NCBI RefSeq assembly: GCF_003428155.1 | Contig: NZ_QLIR01000009.1 | Location: forward strand, 30,001-62,000 | Length of the DNA: 32,000 bases | Direction of reading: 5' to 3' | Source: Fastidiosibacter lacustris | GTDB lineage: Bacteria; Pseudomonadota; Gammaproteobacteria; Francisellales; Francisellaceae | Shown: positions 9,942-19,369 of the stretch, piece after piece | Numbering within the stretch: the stretch's first letter is position 1 | How the letters are laid out: every line of letters begins with the position of its first letter | Notes under the pieces: generated by a model | Told to the model about the DNA's origin: nothing | Database searches by the model: none | What the model saw: only the letters and a program-made list of their open reading frames with translations | Translations under genes and position numbers: made by a program

Positions 9942-11125
9942 ACTTTTACCTCTTGTGCACGTTCACATAACACTTCAACACCAGGTAAGATTTTTCCTTC
10001 AATAAACTCAAGGAAAGCACCTCCAGCAGTTGAAATATAAGAAATATCATTTTTAATATTAAATTTCTCAATTGCTGCAATAGTATCCCCGCCTCCAGCC
10101 ACTGAAAATGCCTTTGATTGAGCAATTGCATTGGCAATCGCTTGAGTGCCTTTAGCAAAATTATCAAACTCAAATACCCCAACTGGACCATTCCATAAAA
10201 TAGTATTTGCATTGGAAATTATTTGAGAGAGTTTATTCTCAGTCATCGGACCAATATCTAAAATTATGTCATTTGGCTCAATTGATTCAACAGTTTTAAT
10301 TTCTACTTTTGCTTTCTCATCAAAGGTGCAAGCAACTCTAACATCGATAGGAAGTGGAATATCGGCACCTTTTTGTTTAGCTTTCTCAAGTAAACTACGA
10401 GCCGTATCAATCAAATCTGCTTCAATTAAAGAATTACCAACATTAAAACCAGCTGCTACCAAAAAAGTATTGGCAATTCCGCCACCCACAATAAGTTGAT
10501 CGACTTGGTCAATAAGATTTTCAAGTACAGTCAACTTGGTTGAAACCTTGGAACCACCGACAATTGCAAGTAGTGGTTTTTTCGGATCTTTTAATGTAGC
10601 TTTAAGTGCATTTAACTCTTCTGTTAACAGTAACCCTGCACAAGCAACTGGTGCATATTTTGCCACACCATAAGTTGATGCTTGCGCGCGATGCGCCGTT
10701 GCAAAGGCATCCATTACAAACACATCACATAATTTTGCTAACTTTTGCGATAATCCTTCATCTGATTTATTTTCACCTTTGTTAAAACGTACATTTTCAC
10801 ACATTATTACTTGACCAGGCTGAACTTGTACGCCATTTAAATAGTCTTTCACAAGCTCAACCGACCGGTTGAGTTTTTCTGTTAAACATTTCGCTATAGG
10901 GAGCAATGAAAACTCATCGTTATACTCCCCTTCAACAGGGCGACCTAAGTGTGACATTAAAATAACAGCTGCACCTTCCTTTAGTGCATATTCAATCGTC
11001 TTAAGTGCTGCATCAATACGTACAAAACTCGTTACTTTTCCATCCTTAACAGGAACGTTGAAGTCCACTCTCATCAAGACTTTTTTGTTCTTTAATGACA
11101 CATCTGTAATCGATAAAAAGTTCAT
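9938..11125 (-). CDS. pgk: phosphoglycerate kinase
   Basis: From [33 protein letters not shown] the product is colinear with E. coli Pgk ([33 protein letters not shown]). GAAGGAA lies upstream of the ATG at 11125. The track start at 11161 adds 12 non-homologous residues. Confidence 0.95.
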   Translation of the reverse strand: MNFLSITDVSLKNKKVLMRVDFNVPVKDGKVTSFVRIDAALKTIEYALKEGAAVILMSHLGRPVEGEYNDEFSLLPIAKCLTEKLNRSVELVKDYLNGVQVQPGQVIMCENVRFNKGENKSDEGLSQKLAKLCDVFVMDAFATAHRAQASTYGVAKYAPVACAGLLLTEELNALKATLKDPKKPLLAIVGGSKVSTKLTVLENLIDQVDQLIVGGGIANTFLVAAGFNVGNSLIEADLIDTARSLLEKAKQKGADIPLPIDVRVACTFDEKAKVEIKTVESIEPNDIILDIGPMTENKLSQIISNANTILWNGPVGVFEFDNFAKGTQAIANAIAQSKAFSVAGGGDTIAAIEKFNIKNDISYISTAGGAFLEFIEGKILPGVEVLCERAQEVKV

Positions 11126-11177
11126 ATTTATTCCTTCGTTACACAAAAAGGCGTTTATCACGCCTCTTCGTTACTAA

Positions 11178-12188
11178 TTATTTCGCATTAACCCATGCTT
11201 TTGTTGTTCTTAGCATTTGGTTTGAGAAGCCCCATTCATTGTCATACCAAGACAATACTTTTACCAAATTACCAATTACACGTGTCTGTGTTGCATCAAA
11301 AATAGAAGGATATGGATTATGATTAAAATCCATAGAAACAAGTGGATCAGTATTATATGCCAATATCCCTTTTAAGCTCTTTTCTGAAGCTGTTTTTAAA
11401 ATCTGGTTGACTTCTCCCACACTTGTGTGCTTTTTAGCTGTAAAGGTTAAATCAACAACGGACACATTAATCGTTGGTACTCGCATCGCAAAACCATCTA
11501 AGCGACCTTTAAGTTCAGGCAAAACCAAGCCAACCGCAGCAGCTGCACCTGTTTTTGTTGGAATCATGTTATGTGCCGCTGCACGTGCACGATGCACATC
11601 TGAATGATAGCTATCAACAATACACTGATCATTGGTATAAGCGTGAATGGTTGTCATTAAACCTTCTGCAATACCAACAGTATCATTTAATGATTTCGCA
11701 ATCGGTGCTAAACAATTTGTTGTACAAGATGCATTAGAAATAACGGTCATATTTGATGTTAAAACATGCTGATTAACGCCATAGACAATTGTTGCATCAA
11801 CATCACTACCACCTGGTGCTGAAATCACAACCTTTTTTGCACCTGCTTGTAAATGTGGCTGACACTTCTCCTTTGAGGTAAAAAGACCCGTACACTCAAA
11901 CACCACATCAATATCCAATGCTTTCCAAGGGAGATTGACAGGATTACGCTCAGCCAAAATTTTAATGCGATCGTGATTGATCACCATTTCATTGTTTTCA
12001 AGAGCAACATTAGCACTAAAACGACCATGTGTTGTGTCGTATTTCGTTAGGTGAACATTGATATCAGGGCTTCCTAAATCATTAATTGCGACGACTTTAA
12101 ATTGATCGCTTAAACCTGCTTCATAAATAGCACGTAGTACACAACGACCAATACGACCATAACCATTAATTGCAATTTTAATTGCCAT
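11178..12188 (-). CDS. gap: glyceraldehyde-3-phosphate dehydrogenase, type I
   Basis: The product has INGYGRIGR and the active site [12 protein letters not shown], plus WYDNEWGFS. An AAGGAGA SD lies upstream. Confidence 0.95.
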   Translation of the reverse strand: MAIKIAINGYGRIGRCVLRAIYEAGLSDQFKVVAINDLGSPDINVHLTKYDTTHGRFSANVALENNEMVINHDRIKILAERNPVNLPWKALDIDVVFECTGLFTSKEKCQPHLQAGAKKVVISAPGGSDVDATIVYGVNQHVLTSNMTVISNASCTTNCLAPIAKSLNDTVGIAEGLMTTIHAYTNDQCIVDSYHSDVHRARAAAHNMIPTKTGAAAAVGLVLPELKGRLDGFAMRVPTINVSVVDLTFTAKKHTSVGEVNQILKTASEKSLKGILAYNTDPLVSMDFNHNPYPSIFDATQTRVIGNLVKVLSWYDNEWGFSNQMLRTTKAWVNAK

Positions 12189-12261
12189 TTCTTATTTCTC
12201 CTTTATTATTTTAATATCAACCTTGCTATCATCTTGTTGAAACGAAGACTAAGGCTGCCAG

Positions 12262-14280
12262 CTAAACGTTTTCAATAATTGCTTTTCGTAATAATGCTTT
12301 TGCTTTTTGCTGGGCATGTTGTGCAGTTAAACCAAATTCTTGATAGAGTTTTTCGGCAGGTGCTGATTCGCCAAAGTGATTTAAACCAATCACATCCCCT
12401 CCTGCTTTTGGTAATAAACGATACCATAAATCACCTTGTGCTGCTTCCATGACAAGCACTGGAAGATTCTGTTTAATGACGCTGTTTCGATAGTACTCAG
12501 ATTGCAGCGTAAATTTCTCAACACATGGCATAGACACTACATTAGCTTTTATCCCTTCTTGGTCTAATAAATTTGCGGTCTCTAGCATAATGCTCACTTC
12601 TGAACCTGTAGCCATCAATGTAATCTCGGCTTGCACATTTTCTTTTAGCAAGTATCCACCCTTTTTAATCAAATTAAACTGATTTTTATCACTTACAACG
12701 GTTGGTAAGTTTTGACGAGATAATGCTAGTAATGATGGCGTGTTAGTTTCTTCAATAGCACATTGCCAAGCAATTGTAGTTTCAATAACATCAGCAGGAC
12801 GCCATACATTCAAGTTTGGCATCACTCTTAAACTGGGTAGATGTTCAATAGGTTGATGGGTTGGACCATCTTCACCCAAACCAATTGAATCATGTGTCAT
12901 TACATAAATAACCGGTTGCTTCATAATTGCACTCATGCGAATCGCATTTCTGGCATAATCTGTAAATACTAAGAATGTACCACCATAAGGTCTAAATCCA
13001 CCATACAGTGACATACCGTTCATCATCGCTACCATGCCAAACTCACGCACTCCATACGATAAATAGTTGGCGCCTTTAACAGAATGATCATTTACCCACT
13101 TACTTCCTGACCAATTTGTTAAGTTTGAGCCAGTTAAATCAGCAGAACCACCAAACATATCAGGCAACATTAAGCAGATTTGTTCTAACGCCATCTGCGA
13201 AGCTTTACGCGTTGCCACCATAGGTCTATTGTTGAAAAGTTTATTTAAATAGTCACCTATCTTCTCTACAAACCCTTGCGGTAAATCCCGTGATAAACGC
13301 AAGCTCAACTGAAGAAATTCTTGTGGATATAAAGCTTTATACGCTTGACATTGAGTCTGCCATTTTGCTTCCTGTGCTTGACCTTCTTCACACATATTCC
13401 AATCCGCATAAATATCAGCTGGAATCTCAAAAGGAGCATATGACCAGTTAAGCGCTTTACGCGTATTAGCTATTTCATCCTCACCTAGTGGTGCACCATG
13501 CACATGATGACTACCAGCTTTATTTGGCGCACCATGTCCAATTTGTGTCTTACAGCAAATCAACGTTGGTTTATTTGTTTCTCTTTGAGCCAAGGCAATT
13601 GCTTTATCAATAGCATCAAAATCATGACCATTAACATGACGAATTACCTGCCAACCATAAGCTTCATAACGCATGGCGACATCTTCAGTAAACCAACCGT
13701 TAACATCACCATCAATTGAAATATTATTATTGTCCCAAAAAGCAATAAGCTTACCTAATTGCAAGGTTCCTGCCAAAGAACTGGCTTCATGTGATAAACC
13801 TTCCATTAAACAACCATCACCTAAAAATACATAAGTGTAATGATCTATAATTTCATGATCTTGTTTGTTGTATGTTTGTGCTAAAAGTTTTTCTGCTAAA
13901 GCCATACCAACGGCATTAGCAAAACCTTGCCCTAATGGTCCAGTAGTTGTTTCGACGCCTGGCGCATAACTGTATTCTGGGTGTCCTGGCGTTTTAGAGT
14001 GAAGTTGTCTGAAGTTTTTTAATTCATCAATCGATAAATCATAACCTGTTAAATGTAATAAAGAATACAATAGCATCGAGCCATGACCATTGGATAGAAC
14101 AAATCGATCGCGATTATACCAACTTGGATTCTTAGGATTATATTTTAGATATTTTCGCCACAAAATAGTTGCGATATCTGCCATCCCCATCGGCATACCA
14201 GGATGACCAGATTTAGCTTTTTGTACAGCATCAATTGATAAAAAACGAATAGCGTTTGCAAGAGTTGAGTTTGAATTCAT
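12262..14280 (-). CDS. tkt: transketolase
   Basis: From [28 protein letters not shown] the product matches E. coli TktA ([28 protein letters not shown]). I therefore prefer the ATG at 14280. ATG 14286 is possible, and the track start at 14325 is unlikely. Confidence 0.95.
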   Translation of the reverse strand: MNSNSTLANAIRFLSIDAVQKAKSGHPGMPMGMADIATILWRKYLKYNPKNPSWYNRDRFVLSNGHGSMLLYSLLHLTGYDLSIDELKNFRQLHSKTPGHPEYSYAPGVETTTGPLGQGFANAVGMALAEKLLAQTYNKQDHEIIDHYTYVFLGDGCLMEGLSHEASSLAGTLQLGKLIAFWDNNNISIDGDVNGWFTEDVAMRYEAYGWQVIRHVNGHDFDAIDKAIALAQRETNKPTLICCKTQIGHGAPNKAGSHHVHGAPLGEDEIANTRKALNWSYAPFEIPADIYADWNMCEEGQAQEAKWQTQCQAYKALYPQEFLQLSLRLSRDLPQGFVEKIGDYLNKLFNNRPMVATRKASQMALEQICLMLPDMFGGSADLTGSNLTNWSGSKWVNDHSVKGANYLSYGVREFGMVAMMNGMSLYGGFRPYGGTFLVFTDYARNAIRMSAIMKQPVIYVMTHDSIGLGEDGPTHQPIEHLPSLRVMPNLNVWRPADVIETTIAWQCAIEETNTPSLLALSRQNLPTVVSDKNQFNLIKKGGYLLKENVQAEITLMATGSEVSIMLETANLLDQEGIKANVVSMPCVEKFTLQSEYYRNSVIKQNLPVLVMEAAQGDLWYRLLPKAGGDVIGLNHFGESAPAEKLYQEFGLTAQHAQQKAKALLRKAIIENV

Positions 14281-14364
14281 CTGCATCCCAAAAGTTGAAA
14301 ATGTTGGCGTGAAGAAGTTTATCACAACTGTTTGCTAAATGCAGTGGTGATTGTAAGTAATCTT

Positions 14365-16167
14365 TTAGTCATATAGCAAATCCAAATATTCGACTTTTAA
14401 GTTCAAATAGCTTTGACCATTAAAATGCTCTTTTGTTAAGCGGTAAGCCACTTGCACTTTACTGCCTACCGCAAACATATGGGTATTTTTATATTCTGTA
14501 GCAAAAAACCAAATACTCCTTAAGACTTTATCCTCAATTTTTAGCATCAACTGCATGTGTTGTGCTTCCTGCCCTACCATTTTAAGCGCTACAATCTCGG
14601 CTTTATTATAAAAGATAGGTGCTTCAAACTCACGCCCATATGGCTCAAGATAAGCAAACTTGTCAACTTGATTAAGATTAAAGTCCTCAGCACTTAACTC
14701 ACCGTCACAATAAATAATTGGTCCAATTGATATTTTATTATGCTCAATTTGACTTTGGCAACAAGCATCAAATAACATACAAAAATCAACAAGTTTGTTT
14801 TTATAGATCGTCAAACCTGCTGCTCCTGTATGTCCACCATATTTAATTAAAATCTCATGCGAATTCTGGGCGATTTGATCTAATACATTTTTGATATTTA
14901 GACCATCAATGCTACGGGCAGAACCAGTAATGATTTCATCTTCACCTAGTTTTGGAGAAAACAAGATTGTTGGCAAACCGAATGTATCCTTGATACGACT
15001 GGCCGAAATACCATGCACACCAGCATGTCCGTCCTTCAAGTAAACACAAATACTACTTTGTCCTTGTTGATGTTGTTTTGAAGCTTCAATCATAGCCAAA
15101 TGTGTTATTTGCTTTTGAATGTCCTTACGCTTTTGGTTTTGTTGCTGTAAAAAGTCGACCCATTCATATGTTTTTTCATGCTCTTTAGATAACAAGAAGC
15201 TCACCGAGCTTAAGGCATCCGAAATGCGTCCATCACTGTTAAGCAAAGGCGCAATCATAAAACCTAAAAACTCACTATCGACCTTATGATGAAAATAATT
15301 GCTAAAACTTTTCCAACAACTACGCTGTAAACTCGAAATTTTACACATACCATAATATGCAACAACTCTATTATTTATGCTTTTTGCCATTGATACACAA
15401 TCGGCAATTGTTCCAACTGCAACAAAATCTAATAAATCGCTTAATTGATAATCGGTGTTGATTTTTTTGTCTGTAAAAAGCATTAATCTTCTGACCTCTG
15501 CCATTAATAACCATGCAACCATGCAGCCGGCAATATAAGGATCTTTGTATTCACAACCTTCTTGAGTAGGATTTAATACCGCATAGGCACTTTTAGGCAC
15601 TCCTTCTTCAGGAATACTATGGTGATCTGTAACAATCACATCAATATTGTGTGATTTTAATAATGCAATACGTGATTCATCTGTTGAACCATTATCAGCT
15701 GTGATCACCAAACTTGGACTATTATCGTCGTTTAATATCCTTTGTGCTAAAGCATCCGACAAACCATAGCCTTCTTGCATTCTATGACCAATATAGGAAC
15801 GAATTTTATCCTCTGGATGATTAAATAACTTAGTCAAAGCTTCATGTAAAATCGCATGAGAGGTTTGACCATCACAATCATGATCGGTTTCAAGTCCAAT
15901 AATTTCCTCTTTTTCAAGCGCTTCAATAATGCGTTTTGCTGCCTTAGTTGCATCCTTTAACAAATAAGGAGGCGTAAGAAACGCAAGTTTAAGTTTAACG
16001 AGTTTAAGAGCATATTCAGGATCTTCAATACGCCTTGCTATAATTCCTGCAATAAAGGCATCAACTTTGTTTTCAATTAAAGTTTTAAAAACTTGACGAT
16101 GAAATGCTCTAAGTTCAATCTTAACCTTTGGACGCTGAATTTTAAGAATATCAACGATTTCACTCAC
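14365..16167 (-). CDS. recJ: single-stranded-DNA-specific exonuclease RecJ (DHH/DHHA1)
   Basis: The DHH motifs are present: DHDCDG, VITADNGS, VIVTDHH and GTIADCV, with the DHHA1 motif GGHTGAAG. The product is colinear with E. coli RecJ. It uses a GTG start at 16167. An AAGGAGG SD sits inside the last codons of the upstream gene, whose stop directly abuts the GTG. Confidence 0.85.
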   Translation of the reverse strand: MSEIVDILKIQRPKVKIELRAFHRQVFKTLIENKVDAFIAGIIARRIEDPEYALKLVKLKLAFLTPPYLLKDATKAAKRIIEALEKEEIIGLETDHDCDGQTSHAILHEALTKLFNHPEDKIRSYIGHRMQEGYGLSDALAQRILNDDNSPSLVITADNGSTDESRIALLKSHNIDVIVTDHHSIPEEGVPKSAYAVLNPTQEGCEYKDPYIAGCMVAWLLMAEVRRLMLFTDKKINTDYQLSDLLDFVAVGTIADCVSMAKSINNRVVAYYGMCKISSLQRSCWKSFSNYFHHKVDSEFLGFMIAPLLNSDGRISDALSSVSFLLSKEHEKTYEWVDFLQQQNQKRKDIQKQITHLAMIEASKQHQQGQSSICVYLKDGHAGVHGISASRIKDTFGLPTILFSPKLGEDEIITGSARSIDGLNIKNVLDQIAQNSHEILIKYGGHTGAAGLTIYKNKLVDFCMLFDACCQSQIEHNKISIGPIIYCDGELSAEDFNLNQVDKFAYLEPYGREFEAPIFYNKAEIVALKMVGQEAQHMQLMLKIEDKVLRSIWFFATEYKNTHMFAVGSKVQVAYRLTKEHFNGQSYLNLKVEYLDLLYD

Positions 16168-17259
16168 TTAAGCCTCCTTTGGCTTACGGTTATTGATATT
16201 ACGCCTTGTCCACATCTTAACTCCTGAGTTGATAAGTGCTGCTAATGGTATAGCAAAAAAGAGTCCCCAAAATCCCCATATACCACCAAAAACAAGTACA
16301 GAAGCAATAACCGCAACTGGATGTAAACTTAAGGCCTCTGAGAATAATAATGGCACCAATAAATTACCATCCAAACCTTGGATAATTAAATACACCAACA
16401 ACATATAGAAAAACTGAGAGGTAAAACCAAACTGGCTTAATCCAATTAAAACTATAGGAATCGTAACAATAACCATGCCAATATAAGGAATAAAAACTGA
16501 CAGCCCTACTAAAATCGCCAGTAGCAATGCATAGTTAAGACCAAACATGATAAAACCGATATAGGTTGCAAGGGTTACAATCAAACATTCAATCGTTTTC
16601 CCCTTAACGTAGTTACCCAATTGAGGTCGAACATCTGCCCATACCTCCTCTAAAGCACCTCGCTCATTTGGTAACATATTTACAAACCACCTGGCAATGC
16701 GTTCTTTGTCCTTTAAAAAGAAAAAAGCTAATAATGGCACGATAAACAAATATACTAGCCACGCGAAAATACTCGACAGCGACACCAATGAAAATTTAAT
16801 TAAATATTGACTTATTCCTGCAATTTTATCAAATTTGATATTAGATATCGCACTGATTCCCTCTTTAATCTGCTCAGACGTAATGATATTAGGATATTTT
16901 TGTGATAGCTTTAACAAGCTTGCATGCAAGTTGTTGATTTGCTCAGGAATACTTTGCAGAAACTGTCCTGCTTGGTGCATCAAAGCAGGTAGCACAAATA
17001 ATAATATTGCAATAACAACTGAAATAAATGCTAAAAAGACAAGGTACACAGCAATACTACGGTTCACCTTTAAGCGCCTTGATAACAATGACACAACAGC
17101 CTCTAATAAATATGCGATCACCACACCAGCTAAAATTGGAGCCAATAAACCACCAAAGAAGTTAATAATAAGCACGGCTATAAACGTTACCACAATAAAT
17201 ACAGCAGGTTCATTACTGTCAAATTTTTTCTGATACCACTGTCTTAAATATTTAATCAA
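16168..17259 (-). CDS. AI-2E family transporter (PerM/YhhT-like permease)
   Basis: This 363-aa polytopic membrane protein has the AI-2E-type layout: N-terminal TM pairs, a central soluble loop, and a C-terminal TM bundle with GLDGNLLVP. Confidence 0.8.
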   Translation of the reverse strand: MIKYLRQWYQKKFDSNEPAVFIVVTFIAVLIINFFGGLLAPILAGVVIAYLLEAVVSLLSRRLKVNRSIAVYLVFLAFISVVIAILLFVLPALMHQAGQFLQSIPEQINNLHASLLKLSQKYPNIITSEQIKEGISAISNIKFDKIAGISQYLIKFSLVSLSSIFAWLVYLFIVPLLAFFFLKDKERIARWFVNMLPNERGALEEVWADVRPQLGNYVKGKTIECLIVTLATYIGFIMFGLNYALLLAILVGLSVFIPYIGMVIVTIPIVLIGLSQFGFTSQFFYMLLVYLIIQGLDGNLLVPLLFSEALSLHPVAVIASVLVFGGIWGFWGLFFAIPLAALINSGVKMWTRRNINNRKPKEA

Positions 17260-17423
17260 TTTATTACTCAGTCAGTTTGTTTTTTTGCCTTAAGATTCTA
17301 TAGTAGTTTGCTTACGCTTACAAATAAATAGCATTTTTATGCTATCAAAGGTTTTAAAATTAATTAGGCTTTGCCATACTTGCCAACGTAATAGATTAAT
17401 AGATACATAATTATGGAGCAAAT

Positions 17424-17912
17424 ATGAGTCAGGAAACAATTACCAATATCAGTATTCAAAGCACAGCAACTTCCGACCCACAGTCACTTTTGGGAATCAG
17501 TATCGCTCTTGTGATTATGGTTATTATCTTTTATATTTTTTCTATCGCCTTTTCTTTTAGTGTGTATAAGCTACTAAAAGCAATACCTAGCGATAAAAAG
17601 ATCAGTCCCCCTTGGCTTGCCTGGATGCTTTTCATTCCCATTGTTGGTTATATATTTCAATGGATTGTTTTGCCATTTGGTGTTGGCAACGCCTTAAAAA
17701 AATATCAAGAAATGGAAATAAAATTAAGGGGTGACACGCTTTTTATTTTAGGGCTTATCCTTGTTATTTTACCGATTGTGTCACTTATCCCAATGACTTT
17801 CCCCTTTACTGCTATTACAGGTGTTATTATTTATATTATCTATTGGGTCAAAATAGTCCAAGTTAGAAAAATCATTCTGAAAACCACTACAACAGATTCG
17901 GCTGAGCAATAG
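17424..17912 (+). CDS. hypothetical membrane protein (162 aa, about 4 TM)
   Basis: There is a good SD (tGGAGcaaatATG) and four hydrophobic segments. I do not recognise a family. Confidence 0.6.
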   Translation: MSQETITNISIQSTATSDPQSLLGISIALVIMVIIFYIFSIAFSFSVYKLLKAIPSDKKISPPWLAWMLFIPIVGYIFQWIVLPFGVGNALKKYQEMEIKLRGDTLFILGLILVILPIVSLIPMTFPFTAITGVIIYIIYWVKIVQVRKIILKTTTTDSAEQ

Positions 17913-17993
17913 ATATTTCCCACTCCTTGATTCGACTATGTTCCTATTCCTTATAAAGCAATACTTTAAATAATGACTGCTAATGTTAAATAC

Positions 17994-18152
17994 TTATTCT
18001 TCATCTAAAAGTTTTTTATCCACAAAACTCGCAACACAACAACCTGCAGCTACCGCCATAAATGCCGTTATTAGCCATAGAATATAAAATGTCTCAAACA
18101 CATAAGATAAGACAAGCGCAATAATGGCAATAATCCATAATATTGATTTCAT
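17994..18152 (-). CDS. small hydrophobic cyd-operon protein (CydX/CydS-like accessory subunit candidate, 52 aa)
   Basis: This ORF is not in the supplied track because it is under 60 aa. The ATG at 18152 lies 15 nt downstream of the cydB stop and is preceded by AAGGAGAatgta. It translates as MKSILWIIAIIALVLSYVFETFYILWLITAFMAVAAGCCVASFVDKKLLDEE and stops at 17994-17996. Confidence 0.55.
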   Translation of the reverse strand: MKSILWIIAIIALVLSYVFETFYILWLITAFMAVAAGCCVASFVDKKLLDEE

Positions 18153-18167
18153 TACATTCTCCTTAAT

Positions 18168-19367
18168 TTAATATAACTCGTGTGAACGCTGTTGTACTTC
18201 TTGTGGTGTTAACTTCACACCTCTGCCCCACATTTTCTTGTAAACAAATGTTGTATAGATAAAGATAATTGGCAACGTAATGACAGCAACAATTAAAATA
18301 CCAATCAATGATACCAATGAGCTACTGGCGTTCCACAAGACCATGCTTTGCGAAGGCTCAATACTTGATGGCATAATAAATGGAAACAAACTAAAGCCTA
18401 GTGTGAATACCACACCAAAACATGCAATAACACTACCTGTGAATGCCAAACCTGCTTTTGATTTTTCTGCAAAACTAAACACCATAATTGCACCAACAAA
18501 ACCAAGTACGGGAGCGATTAGCATCCATAAATGGTTACCATAATTTACCCACCAACCACCTTGATTGATGGTGACTATACCTCCTGTTAATGGATGCTCA
18601 ATCGCTTGTGAGTAAGTGCTAAGGTCATGGTTTAATTGCCAATGAAAGCCAGGTATAAAAATAAGCCAAACACCACCTAAGGCAAACAATATAAGAAATA
18701 ACCACGCACTGATTTTTTGAATTTTAACAAAACGATCATACAATGCACCTGAAGTACGCATGGCACAATAGGAAGCTCCATGCATAATTGACATGACAAC
18801 TGCAAAAATACCAATAAATAATGCAAAGGGTTTTAATAAACCAAATAGTGAAATAAAGGCTGGCTCTTGTAATAGATCTTTGCTTGCACCATAGTAAAAG
18901 CGTAAAGTTTGCGGATCAAATTGAAAAGGTAACCCAAGGAATAAATTACCAATCGCAACACCAATAATCAAAATAGGAATCAGACTACCTAAGCACAACA
19001 TCCAATCCCAAAAGTTTGCCCACTTAATATTTTCAATTTTATGGCGATATTCAAACGCCACTGGTCGCAAGAATAATGCCCAAAGGACAACAAGTACACC
19101 TAGATACATACCGGAAAAGGATCCTGCATATACTCGCGGCCAAATGGCAAAAAGCCCTGCTCCTGCGGTAATCAACCAAACCTGATTGCCATCCCACGTG
19201 GGTGCCACAATATTGATAATAACACGTTTCTCATTGTCATTCTTCCCTACAAAACGTGCTAAAATTCCTGCACCAAAGTCAAAACAGATTGTGGCTGCTG
19301 CTAAGAACATAACCAAACCCACAGCTAACCAGCTTAACAACTGAACAATACTATATAAATCCATCAT
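18168..19367 (-). CDS. cydB: cytochrome bd ubiquinol oxidase subunit II
   Basis: This 399-aa polytopic protein has a CydB-type N-terminus (FDFGAGIL ... APTWDGNQVWLI). Its start overlaps the cydA stop (ATGA). Confidence 0.95.
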   Translation of the reverse strand: MMDLYSIVQLLSWLAVGLVMFLAAATICFDFGAGILARFVGKNDNEKRVIINIVAPTWDGNQVWLITAGAGLFAIWPRVYAGSFSGMYLGVLVVLWALFLRPVAFEYRHKIENIKWANFWDWMLCLGSLIPILIIGVAIGNLFLGLPFQFDPQTLRFYYGASKDLLQEPAFISLFGLLKPFALFIGIFAVVMSIMHGASYCAMRTSGALYDRFVKIQKISAWLFLILFALGGVWLIFIPGFHWQLNHDLSTYSQAIEHPLTGGIVTINQGGWWVNYGNHLWMLIAPVLGFVGAIMVFSFAEKSKAGLAFTGSVIACFGVVFTLGFSLFPFIMPSSIEPSQSMVLWNASSSLVSLIGILIVAVITLPIIFIYTTFVYKKMWGRGVKLTPQEVQQRSHELY

Positions 19368-19369
19368 GA

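Noticed and set aside
11126-11161. The N-terminal extensions implied by the ORF-track starts of pgk. The same issue applies to tkt (14281-14325), pgi (23550-23585), trmB (4151-4222), trmL (26813-26827), fis (5522-5545), hprK (31822-31884) and the MFS gene (1167-1193).
   Set aside because: The extensions have no homology to orthologue N-termini. They often begin at TTG, lack an SD, or would overlap the upstream gene extensively. Internal ATGs with an SD fit better.
7580-11737. ORFs nested in or antisense to fba, pyk, pgk and gap: 7580-7837, 8917-9381, 9165-9434, 9946-10212, 10266-10499, 10869-11177, 11407-11607, 11555-11737.
   Set aside because: All lie wholly inside strongly supported conserved genes. 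Their translations are low-complexity or Ser/Ile/Leu-rich with no recognisable motifs or SDs. This is the typical shadow-ORF behaviour opposite highly biased coding frames.
18016-18024. A perfect DnaA box, TTATCCACA.
   Set aside because: It is a single copy, located inside the small cyd-operon ORF, with no cluster of boxes or AT-rich unwinding element nearby. About one chance occurrence is expected in a window of this size and composition.
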